Positions 24,748 to 36,731 of a stretch of DNA of 64,000 nucleotides are shown here, one piece after another. The translations under genes were made by a program, and so were the position numbers. The notes below the pieces were generated by a model. It worked only from the letters and a program-made list of their open reading frames with translations, ran no database searches and was not told the origin of the DNA. Source of the DNA: Eukaryota sp. GEM-RC1 (lineage: Eukaryota); contig JAUFOQ010000004.1 in NCBI GenBank assembly GCA_040285855.1, positions 682,001-746,000 on the forward strand, written 5' to 3'. Position 1 is the stretch's first letter. Each line of letters begins with the position of its first letter.

Positions 24748-25430
24748 TAGGGGTGGGCATAAAGTGAATTTGGTAGGTTAACCCGGTACTAAAGTTAACT
24801 TTGGTGTGACTAACAAAATCAGAGTTTAGTTTTCACCCGACTAAGGAAACAAGAATTTAGTTTTCACCCGACTAAAGACATTTAGTGTGGGTTAACTCAA
24901 ATTAAACTAATTTGTTTTTACATTGTAATGATGAGTCACTAATCTTATAAAATCCTTGGGAATCCTTCTAAAAAGAGCGAACATAATTCGATAAATCCAT
25001 ACAGCGCTATTAAACACCTTGCCATTAGAACGACATAAAAGACTAAAATCACTCAAAAATTATAAACCGGCTGGACCAATATTACCAAAAATAGAAATTG
25101 CAGATGGAACAAATGAAAACTTAGAATATAATAATTTTCATTAAGCTTCTGTAAAGCATCCGCATAATTTGAAGACTTTCGCCGTTCAGTCTTTTCAAAT
25201 TATACAATTTTAGTTTAACGTACGTTAATTCACACTAACTTTTGGTTTAGTGCACCAAAATTCAATTTAGTTTAATTTTCACCCAACTAAAGGAACCTGA
25301 ATTTGGTTTTCACCCGACTAATTGCTTGTTAGTTTAGTGTTAGTGCAACTAATGAACTTACCGTTTCACTTTGGTGTGTCATTAGTCCAGTTTAGTTTGA
25401 ATTTAGAGGGTTAACTTTTGCCGTCCCCTA
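24748..25430. mobile_element. Non-autonomous hAT element
   Basis: Imperfect TIR TAGGGGTGGGCATAAAGT / TAGGGGACGGCAAAAGT; perfect TSD GGTATATC; TTTTCACCCGACTAA subterminal repeats. Confidence 0.9.
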
Positions 25431-25978
25431 GGTATATCCAAAAGTGCAATCAATCAAATGACGTTACCCAAATCATATCTATAATGACTATGTCATTATT
25501 CTCAATCTGGTTTCGATGTTTGCCTTTACGATTGATTGTTTGGAAAAAACTGATCCTCAAGAGTTATTTGAAATACAGTAGTTTCATAAAAACGTGTAAT
25601 TTGTGATTACAAGATAGATTTTGTAATTAAAAGTGCTACAATAGGGAACAAAGAATTCATTGTGTTGTTTTTATTAATTTGTGAAACACCAGTTATTAAA
25701 TACAGAAAAGACGATCATCACATCCAGAACTGACCTGATAAACATTTTTCAATTGATTCTTAGTGTGGATATGTAAAAGCTCTTTTTTGGCTGTAGCTTT
25801 TAATTTAAGTGGGTTATCGTCTTTTCCAAATGACAGAATCAAAAATCTATTAGTACAAACTACTACATGTAATAATTACATGACTGCTAATTTTACGTCA
25901 CAGATAGAATTTACGTGTGGAAGAAATCATTGTTTGATTAAAAAGCTAAATCAAAAGAGTAATGAGAAAAAACAGGTA

Positions 25979-26824
25979 CAGTCTACTAGTACCCTCCCAT
26001 TAAGGTTTCCCTCCCATTAAGGTAAAATTTTCACTGCCCACTTTTTGTCGTGTCCTTTTTGATTCCCGTGCCCTTGCCATTGCACTACAGTTCTTAACAT
26101 AAACTTTTTCGCTCTTCTATTTTTCGTATCACATCATTACATACCTTCTTTTCATGACACTTTCAACCAGTTAAACAGTTACAAGCCTCTAGATCCGTTA
26201 CTTTGGTGATTTGTTGTGAATACCAGATCTATAGGACATCATCCCATCAGTTCTCTGGTCTTTGATCATGACGAATGCCTCGACGATGAAGAGAACGTAC
26301 TGATCCATGAAGAAGAAGAGGAGCTCCTTGACAGTGTTCTAAAGTTGTCCCTTGTTGATGGTCTTGAAATGGAAGACCTTCTTATGAACATCTCCCTTGC
26401 TGATGTCTGTAACTGCTGGATTTGAAGTTGTAGCCTTCCTCCTTTCCTATATTGGTACTTTCAGGTCCATCCTTGACCTTTCTCGCTCTTATATCGCCCT
26501 CTCCGTTAGCACTAGTTCTCTCCTTCTCTCATCCATCCGTTTAGCAGATATCTGAGAGATTATTGGTATTTGCTGATGATTGAGTGTTCAGCAATATTTT
26601 TCCTCAATCCCACCACTTAAATTTGGACGACGATTACCCGTGGTGGTACATCCGTGCCATCTTCAATTCATCACCAAATGGTGCACAATAGTCGTAGTTT
26701 GTTGGTTTATTTATCATAAAAAGCTGTCGTCTGCTGTTCATGTCTGTACAAACCAAACCTCCCATTAAGGTAAAACTCCCATTAAGGTCTGCCCAAAAGC
26801 TTGCACTAATGGGAGGGTAGACTG
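25979..26824. mobile_element. Tc1/mariner(pogo)-type non-autonomous element
   Basis: TA flanks on both sides; TIR CAGTCTACCCTCCCATTA (left copy carries a 6-bp insertion); subterminal CTCCCATTAAGGT repeats. Confidence 0.88.
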
Positions 26825-26850
26825 TATGAAAAGTTTATTAGAAAATGAAG

Positions 26851-28247
26851 CTACAACAATTCAAGAACAGAATTTCGATAACACAAACACCCAACAAGAT
26901 GGTAGTTATCATTATCTAAAGAACTAATTTCTCTTGTACAATTAAATCCAGGGTCTGACTCTGTTGTAACAGTTATTGAATTATTCACAAGATTAATTGT
27001 GATTTCAATGATTTCATTTCGGTTCCAGTTTCCATTAGGGGATCCTGAATGATAGAAGTTATTGTAAGCACTCCAGAAACAACGAGCATTTGGCTTTGAG
27101 TAAACATCACCACTACAATCAAAATCTTTTCTAGGAATAATTCCAATCATTAGCCCATTACTAACAAACGAAGGAGTGCCATTCCTAGCCCTAACTTTAT
27201 AGACATTTCCTGTAAGAAGATGAGTTTCTGAAAGAACATTGGACCAGCCTGAGCCATTGTAAGTAACAGATTTTCCTCCATTTGAAATAATTAAATTTTG
27301 ATGTTTAAGATTAGAAGAAAAACTCAAAACTGAAAGTTCCACCGGTTTTACACATTCTTCTTGTTTTTGAACAATCTCCTTCAATTTAAATATTTCTTCA
27401 TCTTTTCCTTAATTAATTCAGTTGTTTGAACTAATTGTTCTTTTAACGTCAAATTTTCAGAAATTATTGACTCAAAAAATATCGGACGTAATTGTTTAAA
27501 GTGGAACTTCATCAAAACTTCTTCCAAATTTGAAATATTCTCAAGAGGATTTAAAAACAGCTCATCCCAGTTTTTAAAAGTCAACAGGTTAACGTCAACA
27601 AGGGTCAGAATTTCAGATAATTCTTCAGAAATTATAGTTTCTGATTTAACTGAAGCCACAAGTGACTTTAAATACCATTTGAAAGAACTTGAAGAAGTGC
27701 AAAATTCAAGTAAACTTTGGAGAAAGACAAATGGGAAGACAAATTCAGATTTTTGATCAAGATTGTCAATTTCATTAAGAAAATCTCCAACAAATTTTAA
27801 TCCTCTCAAGTCTTCTTGTTCAACGCACTTTTTCAAGAACTTGCTGCACCACTCCCAATTGATCATCTTTGAAGGAAGAATCTCCATAAGAGTAGTTTTG
27901 AGATGAGGACATTGGAAATAAGTAGCGAGGTAGAAAATATCATAGACGTTCGAAGAAGTGAGGTCAATGGAGTTACCAAAGAAGGAAGAGATGAAGGTGG
28001 AGAAAGACTCTGATGATATTGGCAAATGAGAGAAGTCCAGAGGGTTCTCGAAGCGATCTCCAAACACCATAAACCAAAGAGAGAAGAAGTACTGAGAGTT
28101 GGAAGCAAGGACTGACTTAATGACAGAGAAGGACTCATCATTAAAGATAATGGTTTGATCATGGAGACTGGAGTGTAGGACTGGAGTGTAGAGAGAGTGT
28201 TGGGAGAGGTGGATGTGAGTGACATTGAAGGAGATAATGTTTTTCAT
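26851..28247 (-). CDS. BTB/POZ + coiled-coil + SPRY/B30.2-like protein, copy 2 (one A missing near 27404)
   Basis: The two ORFs join if GAAAAGAT is read as GAAAAAGAT, as in copy 1. Confidence 0.78.
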
Positions 28248-28641
28248 GTTTCACATGCAGTTTGATAAATCTTCAATCTGCGGCCATTCTACCAGTAGTT
28301 GATGGCTCAAAATTGAATTAATTAAATCAAATCCTTATTTGATTCAAGCCACTGATGCTTACATTAATTAACTGTGAAGCTAAAACACTGAGCCTCAAGG
28401 AAATGAAAACAAACGTATTTATTATTGATATACAGAACACCTAAAAACAACATCAAAAACACAAAAAAGTGTAAAAAACACATTTGCTGAGGAATTTCTC
28501 GAAAGAACTGAGCTGCAAGTTAACAAGAGTGTATGAAAGACCCCAGAAACAAGCCAACAACTGAGCACACTTAATTGAAAACAATGATCAAATGGATGGG
28601 TGATTCCTGGAACATGTATTAGTAATTGATATAGACGTAAC

Positions 28642-29276
28642 CAGGGATGTTAAATAATATATTTTTTATTTATTTATTGTCAACAGTTGGATCACCAATA
28701 TATTTATTGTCTCAATCGGCAATATGCAGTAACATTGCAATATAATTCAATATTGTGACAATAAATTTTCATGCTAAATTGTCGTGTTTTCATTTGCAAA
28801 TATCGAACTTTCTTCAAACAACTCGTTCAACGTTGTCTCAATTTTGTAAGATATGATACAAACAGTTGATCATACTGTTATGAATCAAAATGACTAAAGA
28901 TTGTTCAGTCGTACAAAGCTTACTACTGCCACTCTTCGATCACGTTTGTACCCTTCAAGCCTTAAGAAACAGTTACTTTTACTGTACAACTCTCAACTTT
29001 GACATGAAAATACTGTTCGAAGAATTTATCTCCACAGTCCTTGTAAAGATTTGTTGCAACAAGATTGGGATGTAATGGACGAAGAGTAGACTGTATTACT
29101 ACAGTAGAATTGTTTTCTGTGATTGATCATAAACCCTGTTTTTTCTAGATTATATACTAGAGATATTGGCAATAAATATATTTATTTATTGTGGTGTTGA
29201 CAATATCAATATATTTATTGTAAACCCACTTAAACACAATATTATATTTATTTAAATATATTTTTTAACATCCCTG
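28642..29276. mobile_element. Non-autonomous hAT element
   Basis: TIR CAGGGATGTTAAAWAATATATT; perfect TSD GACGTAAC; TATTTATTG subterminal repeats. Confidence 0.92.
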
Positions 29277-29989
29277 GACGTAACCAGCAAAGATTCTAAG
29301 TAGTAAATCTACGACTAATCCTGCGAAAGTGTCTGTTGCTCAGCAACAATGTAGATATAGAAGTATGCTTGAGGAATAACTACGAAAAAAGTCTGTATAT
29401 GATTTACAAAATCGACACGAGATAACGTCGAAAGGCGGAATAGCTAACATAAAAGACGTTTTTTAAAAAATACTCGTATGACTCTTGGAACCTTGACGAT
29501 GACAACTTGTTGTAGCTAATTTTTCACGAGAAATAACGGAATTTCTGAAAAAATACGTAATGACACACATTCAATGATGTGATACATTTGACATGATAAT
29601 AGTTCAACAATTGTTCAATTGTAGAATGTCCCCATGAATCAATCGTTTTTGGATTGATTGGAAGCATCATGAAATCTTTAAAGCAAAATAACTGTCCATG
29701 TGAAGCCCTAACTAAAGAACTTTTGAAGACTAAAGATTAGTCTCACGTCATCAAAAGATTGATGACGTGATCAATGAGACTACTACCCATAAGTCAATTG
29801 AAAAGAGTAAATAGGCACAGCAACAGTGACAATTCACCAACAAGAAGTCAAGAGAAGTCAAGATAGTCACGTCACCCTAAAACAGAATAAACTTCTTCCA
29901 CCACAGTACTCCTAACTTCACTTCTCAACTTATTCAAAACAACCAAGGACAAAACACGCAGAATGCTAAACTGAGAATTAGAAAGACTA

Positions 29990-31098
29990 TTAGTCTGGAA
30001 ACAATGAAACTAACTTTTTAACAAAAACCCCTGACCAATTATCCCAAGATTCTACATTATCCAACAGATTCTCATCAAGGTTTAAACAGGATCCAAGTGT
30101 TGGAGAAAAGTTGTCCACAATAACTGAAGGATTGACCTCATGAAAGAGTTGCTTGCATAACCTGGCTAAAACAACATTACTTCCAGAAGGGAATGACTCA
30201 CATACGAAAAGAGATAGAGCAAAGGCGGCAGACAGCTCAGAATGTGACGTCATCATGGGGCTCATGATTCTGTTCAGATTACGTTTACTCAGCAAGGTCA
30301 ACAACTCTTCAGATGACGGTCTACTTGATGGATTTGATTGCAACATTGATTGAATGAGATCACTAAACGTGGATTCCGGTATCGCATACCTTCCATTAAT
30401 AATGGCAGCTTTCACTTCATATGAGTTAGACCCTTGGAAGGGATGTCTCCCTCTAGTAACAAGTTCATACAAGACACATCCTAGGGAGAAGATGTCAGCA
30501 GAGTAACTGTAGGGAAGACCGGAGAGGACTTCAGGAGCAGCGTAAAGAACAGTACCTACAACTGATTGATTAGCTGTGTGTTCCATCTTTTGGCAAGTCC
30601 AAAATCACTTAGAACAACCGAGACTTTATCATTTTTGATTGGGTGATGGAGCAACACGTTTGCAGACTTGCAATCACGATGAGCGATGTGATGAGAGTGG
30701 AGAAAGGCAAGAGCCCGTGTAAGTTGGTAGAGTATAGAGAAGATGACGTTGTCTGATAGAAGATCTGACCTAGTTTGAATGACTTTATCCAGGGCACCTC
30801 CATTGTAGTAAGGCATAAGGATGTCTATGGCGTCAGAGGAAGGTGAACAGTTAGCTGCAATGATTTGGGCAACGTAGGGACATTCGCGGAGGGAAGCAAG
30901 GGTGTCAACTTCTAACATACATCGACGTTTGTCAGTAGTGTTCATTTGGGAAATAAACATGTTCTTCATGGCGTAGAGTCGGTTTGTTTCTCTGTGTTTG
31001 AGTAGGAAAACACTTGAGAAAGCGCCTTTCCAATGTTTTGGACGACCAGAATCGTCTGTGACGAACTCAAAGTCCTTTATGTTAAAGGTAGAAGGCAT
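29990..31098 (-). CDS. NEK/NIMA-like Ser/Thr protein kinase (frameshift near 30589)
   Basis: KGAFSSV, YAMK, HRDCKSANVLL, SDFGLAK, VGTVLYAAPE, DIFSLGCVLYEL; coding-like sequence may continue below 29990. Confidence 0.85.
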
Positions 31099-31204
31099 AA
31101 GTGATGCAAGGACTTAGTATTAGACTTAAAGTAGGGATGTCGACTGTAGAGAAGAGTCTCTCGTTGGAACAAAGAAGTCAAAGAACTTAATTTTGTCCAA
31201 CTTT

Positions 31205-31883
31205 ATGACGTCTCTCACTGTTCTTCTCTTATCAATACTGCTCCTATCTGTACCCACTTTTAGTCTTTCTTTTACACTTTATGAAGGAGGTAGAAGATGT
31301 TTTGTTGAAGAACTACCTCCACACACACTAGTCAGACTTCACTATACAACTGAAGACACCTCACCCAACGCTCTTCCAAACCCCGATGGTATCTATAAAG
31401 CTCATCTTGTTGTCCTCGATCCTTCAGGTAGAACAATCAGTTCTAGTTCTGTTAAAAGCCAAGGACAAGTTGTCTACACTGCTACTCTAGGTGGTATCTA
31501 TGAAGTTTGTTTTCCCTTTCTCTCTCTCACATAAGATGTGTTTCATTGGTGATGCCGCCTCTTGGTTCAAAACTGTAACCAAGCTCAGAATCACAGCTCA
31601 CGTTGATGTTGGTCATAGCGCTATCAACTACAAGGACATCGCCAAGCAAGAAGAACTTGATGCTCTATCACTGAGTACAAGGCAGTTAGCTGATGGAGTT
31701 GAGGAGATTGTGCAGGTTCAACAGTATCTCTCACAACGAGAGACTGAGATGAGAGTGTTTACTGAAAAAGCAAGATCTAGAGTTTCTGTCTTCAACTTCT
31801 GTTGTGTACTTGTGATGACTGGTTCAACACTGTTACAGGTTTACTACATGAAGTCCTATTTGAAGAAGAGATTGAAGTGGTAA
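31205..31883 (+). CDS. p24/emp24/gp25L (TMED) GOLD-domain cargo receptor; 31-nt intron 31505-31535
   Basis: Signal peptide, RCFVEE, G.YE|MCF, coiled coil, TM segment and QVYYMKSYLKKRLKW tail; intron removal joins the two ORFs in frame. Confidence 0.92.
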
Positions 31884-32005
31884 ATAAAGAACTTGTAATT
31901 GATGATAAAATGGCACTAAAAGAAAATAAAAAATACTAACAAATACTATAACAAAAAGAAACTAATGTCGAAAAGGGCTCAGTGATTGTACTTAAGTCAA
32001 TCAAT

Positions 32006-33892
32006 CTAAACAACACCTCCTCTACGTGGCTTTTTTTGGCTTCTGTTGCCCCCACTTCTCCTCTTTCGATGTCCAACAAGTTCTCTCTCCTCGAACAAGT
32101 CTTTCATCTCCTGCTCAATGTTCCTCCTCTTCTTACCCATTACAGCTATCCAAGAGTGTTCTCCCTGTTTGAACTTATCTAAATGAACTTTGTCAACTAA
32201 GATCAGCCCAAACCTGTTAGTAATTAACCGGTCATAATACACTAATAGCTGATTGCAGATTCTTTTCTTTTGTTCTAAGTGACATTCGTAGAACATGTGT
32301 TCCAACGTCCAACAACCTTGAGGATTTGTAGCTATTTGGAAAATGGAAGGTAACATTTTGGAAATGATTTTTGCTTGTAGTTTGAGTTTGGATGCGGTTG
32401 CGGTCGCTAAATTTTTAAATATTTCAGAACCTCTGCCAGATAGAGCTAAATCAGATATTAAGTTCATATCAGTATCACTAATTGCTTTGATGAACCATTT
32501 ACCATGCTCATAAGGAATTAGAGAAAGAGAAACAATTAGATCATAGTAAGGTTTCTTGTCTGATTCAAAATAATGGTACATTGAAAAATTAAATTTTCAT
32601 TTTCTTTCTCAAAAAACTTTTTCACAGTTTTTGAAAGTTGTCGTGCACGATCAATTTTAGTCGAAAGAACAAGCATTTGAGAAATAAAACAGAAATCTAA
32701 ATCCTTGGATTGTTTAAACATTTCAATTGTCATATCAAACAAGTGACACAATCTATCAGATTCAACCAATCCATTTTGAAAATAATCACCAGAAGAGATC
32801 AGAATTGCCTTGAAAAGCTTCGATAGATGACGTGATGACGTGAATCGGTCAAAATCATTGAGAACAAGTCCAATAATCTGACCAACCAATGACTTATCAT
32901 TAAAATAAGCCACCAAATGCTCCAACGTAATCCTGGGATAAACAAACTTCTCCAACAGAATCTCATTTAAGAAAGAAGGGGTTAGAATAAGAAGAGACAA
33001 GTGAGAAATAAGAGAAGAAGGAAGTAGAGGGAGGAGGTCTACAAAGACAAAACACCCGATTTCATGGTTAATGATGGTGTACAGAGCATGCTCGTGGATC
33101 TGAAGGTTGAAGTCGTTGGAATTCCCAGACTTTTTGAGTTCTTCTGCTAGAGAAATAACAGATTCAAGTTGTTCCACATCAAGATCTTCAGTAGAGAAGT
33201 GCTGTACAGCGAGTAGAACAAATGCAATCATCCTACACTGAAGCTTCTTTCTAAACTTCCTTGTAAGAAGATCGTTATCTGAGTGAGCCTTGTCAGAGGG
33301 AAGATAGGAAGGAAGCGTGGAAAGGGGAAGGTTTACGTGATCCGATTTGGATACGAGTGGCTTGATTGAGATTGGATGGTGGAGATATGACAGTGTGAGC
33401 TAGTCTGCCGGCAGATTTGATGACGTGAGCGGCATAACGGTTACGGATGTAGTATCGGCATCGAGGGAGTAGAGCAGAGTAGAAAGAGAGTAGTAGTGAG
33501 GAGATTGAAGGTGTAGTGTCATCTGCATTAACAGAATCTGATGAAAAAAGAGTGTAAAGATAGGAAAACATAGACTCCATGAAGTGGGATCCAGCCTTGG
33601 AGGTTATAATAGAATCAAATCTAGGTAGTAGGATTGCACAGAACTTCCGTAATTGTAAAGGAGTGGTATAAGCAATGATTGTCTCGAGAAGAGGTGAAGC
33701 GAGAACATTTGAGGCAAGAAAGACTTCTTGGTTGCGTATTTCTAGTAGAACCGATCCAACAAATGAAGTAACTTCTTCAGGTGTAATCGAAGCATCTCGT
33801 AAGGCTGTTGCGGTCCTTTTTAGAAATTGTTTAGTGGATTGATCCACTTTATGGCTATCATTGTTATGCTGAGAAGGTTTTCGAGATGACAT
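32006..33892 (-). CDS. NOP9: Nucleolar protein 9-like (Pumilio repeat) protein; two apparent frameshifts
   Basis: LASN..ASPLLE, AGSHFMES, YAAHVIKS, LALS..GS.IF, IATNPQGCWTLE...K..I..L...FG..L..K..LD.F....W. Confidence 0.7.
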
Positions 33893-33912
33893 AATGAAAC
33901 AATTCAGGTTCT

Positions 33913-34520
33913 ATGAAACAAATGTTACGGATACGAACTCTGCTTCTCCGTTGTCTAGCTGTGGGCTTTTCTGTTCACCATATTGATCTTTTCCGACTGA
34001 CTGTCTGGGCAGGCTTCGCATGTCTTCTTAATTTCTTGCTTTATTTTGTGTCTTCATATGATCATATTCGAGCACTTCTACTATGTACATGTCTAATAAT
34101 TGCTTTCCGATTCTTTCATTCTTCAAGGACATATCAAATTCTAGATCCTAATGAATCTACCACTAAGACTGTTCCAACTAAATCTTTCATTGGTAAACTT
34201 AAGTCTATTCTCTTTCGGCGTTCAAAGGTAAAAGCGGAGTATGTGAAGATTTGGAGTCCATCAGCTCCTCTGTGTCTCTTGTTCTCTGTATTTTCCCCAC
34301 TTCAAGTGTTTTCCTTTCTCATGCTGAATGAGTGTTCGGGTCCTCTGAGATATTTCATTAGTCTATTAAGTTTAGTTTTTGTCTTGTAATTGTATCAAAA
34401 TATCGAAGACGGGAGGTTTTGTTGAAAAGGATAAGCGAAGAGTCATATCGCACACTTGATGAGTTTATGAAGAAACAGTTATCCGTAGCAAAGTTTGACA
34501 ATAATACACAAACTGAATGA
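33913..34520 (+). CDS. Nur1/Mug154-like nuclear-rim membrane protein; frameshift near 34378
   Basis: TM pairs, RTYQIL and IWSPS..LFSVFSPLQV motifs; the -1 frame continues to ..KFDNNTQTE*. Confidence 0.55.
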
Positions 34521-34628
34521 GCAACTAATTTGAGATAGCATAACACAACACAATAATTATTAATTATAACTTAAATATGATGTCACTTTTGCCGAAGCAA
34601 GGAACAAGTACAGTTGTTGAAATAGGTG

Positions 34629-34913
34629 GGTTTTTCTCAGAGAATAGTCCTAATTGGGTGCTGTTAGAAACAGTTGGCCAATTGTACTGAAAGAATGCTC
34701 AGTCTCCCACGCTCTCAATTCCAAACAAGGTAAGCATCAAATTGTCAAAATTGTCACCTGCAGTAATGCCTTGAATGGAAGACTTTCTGGTGCATGGGCC
34801 ATTGTGAATCACAACGAGTACCTCGGGGTACAGTCGACTGCTAGGACCTTCCCAAAGCAAAGGAGCACGAAGCTCTAAGATTTGCTCTAACGTGCCAAGG
34901 TCTGAGAAAAACC
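34629..34913 (-). ncRNA. RPPH1: Nuclear RNase P RNA
   Basis: P1 is a 13-bp perfect stem GGTTTTTCTCAGA/TCTGAGAAAAACC. CR-I GGGAAGGTCCTAG pairs with CR-V ACCCAATTAGGACT (P4). P2 TTGGC/GCCAA, P3 with internal loop, P7 CAGTC/GACTG, P8 and P9 hairpins, P10/11 CCCATGC/GCGTGGG, CR-II CAGAAA, CR-III TGAGA, CR-IV AGTACAAT and P19 hairpin all appear in canonical order. Confidence 0.92.
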
Positions 34914-34946
34914 AGGTTGCAATTTTACTTTTTCTCAAAGAATCCA

Positions 34947-35510
34947 ATGTCTCATTCAAAATCCTCTTCTCGAGTTATACAACTAAACGATGATCTAATA
35001 AACATTGATGATGCTACTGCACTTACTGAAGAGGAAATCAAAATTCTATTTGATCGCTTCCAGCATCTAGACCGTGATGGCAGTGGTGGTCTTGATGAAG
35101 AGGAGATTGAAAATCTTACAGACTTCTCATTAAATCCCCTACGACGACATCTGCTGCAAGCTCTTGACACAAACAAAGACACAACGATAGACTTTGCTGA
35201 ATTTTTATCTGCATATTCCGCTTTCTCATCTAACGGTGACAAAGAGCAACGAATTGAATTACTGTTCAAAGTTTATGATGCAAACAGAGACGGTTTCATT
35301 TGTCACGACGAACTACTTCTTGCACTAAGTCTAATGGTGGGAGACAACCTTTCGCCGGAAGAGTTGGAACAAGTCACACAAAAAACCATTGTACAGGTTG
35401 ATCGAGATAAGGATGGCAAAATCAGCTTTCAAGAGTTTCGAGACTTTTTGATTAACCGCGTTGACTTCAATTTTGACCAAATGTCACTATCGATAGCTAT
35501 ACCGGAGTGA
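34947..35510 (+). CDS. Calcineurin B-like EF-hand protein
   Basis: Four EF hands (DRDGSGGLD, DTNKDTTID, DANRDGFIC, DRDKDGKISFQEF), NPL motif, LMVGDNL. Confidence 0.9.
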   Translation: MSHSKSSSRVIQLNDDLINIDDATALTEEEIKILFDRFQHLDRDGSGGLDEEEIENLTDFSLNPLRRHLLQALDTNKDTTIDFAEFLSAYSAFSSNGDKEQRIELLFKVYDANRDGFICHDELLLALSLMVGDNLSPEELEQVTQKTIVQVDRDKDGKISFQEFRDFLINRVDFNFDQMSLSIAIPE

Positions 35511-35634
35511 TGTATACATAGATTAGCTCTTTTTTTGTACTATATATTCTGCATTAATCTTCAGATACTATTGAAAATGAAATACAAAATAATTCCTGAG
35601 AAACTGTTTATCTCACAGAACAAGCTATACAAAT

Positions 35635-36298
35635 CTAATCAAATTTGAGTTCAAAACGTTCGTGTTGAATTCCTTCAGGAGAAATAATATGAATATCACA
35701 ATAATCACCGGTCGCAATATCTCGTTCACAACAAGAAGTAAAGATATCCTTAATGAGATCGACGGCGCGTTCTAAAGAGGGCCAGTTTTCTTGTTCCAGT
35801 GTCTTAAGTTGAGAATCTAACACGGGTTGGATCAAAGAAACCCCGGACCCTTGAGAGGTGTATCGAATAGATTCCATGGAACCCACAGCATCATAAGTAT
35901 ACAAGACTCCCTCACCAGAGGAATCGAGACCCCCTAGTAAGTTGAAAGTGTAATAGGGGAAGAATCGGCGATAGTAGAGAGTATTTGACAGTAATTGGGC
36001 CAATGACGGCGTTGATAAAGGTTGATCGTTTTGAGAGGTGTACTGTTTGATTCGAGTATCAAGAACTTTGCCCAGTTGTCGTATATCAGCTTGCATACCA
36101 CTACTAGCAAGAATAGCGGTGTCTGTGAGCTTCAAAGATTTAGGTACATTTCGAGAAGTGATATCATATCCAGTAGAAAGACGAGTATCGGATGCTATTA
36201 CACAGTAATTAGGGCCACGGATGGCCATGCAGGAGCTTCGATTAGAGCACAAGAGAGACAAACCCTCCATTATCTGTATAGGGTTCGAACCTTGACAT
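35635..36298 (-). CDS. PSMB1: 20S proteasome subunit beta-6; 28-nt intron 36236-36263
   Basis: Spliced start MSRFEPYTDNGGSCMAI; ASDTRLS, LSNTLYYRRFFPYYTFNLLGG, ERDIATGD. Confidence 0.96.
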
Positions 36299-36731
36299 GT
36301 TGAATCGAGAAAATTCTATAATGAGATCTGCAAAGGAGATTTCTACATTTGTTTTCACTCGTATTGTATATAGAGTTGCTCTTACACCTTAATATTGGGA
36401 ATAAATGATATTTCGAGATTAAGTGTACTTTTATTATGAAACACTATGTTGAAGAATAAGGTAGGTGAATATTCCCAGTTATGCAATCTGGACTTTGAGG
36501 ATATTTTTTATTACATGTAGATGTATGTACACTGTAGTGTTGTTGTCAATAAATCTTTATGAAAAAAAATGTTGAAGAACACAGATTACATGAATAGTAT
36601 TTGGCTTAGCCAGATCAGAGATACTTCACAAACAGCTTATTACTGATGATCAGATCACAAAAGGTGCAATAGATTGCTACTAATAGTAGTAAATATAATT
36701 TCCTATTTTTGTTGTTTCTGATGTTTCCCCT

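Noticed and set aside
34654..34959. Short ORFs of 74 aa (+) and 86 aa (-)
   Set aside because: They overlap the RNase P RNA structure and show no protein features
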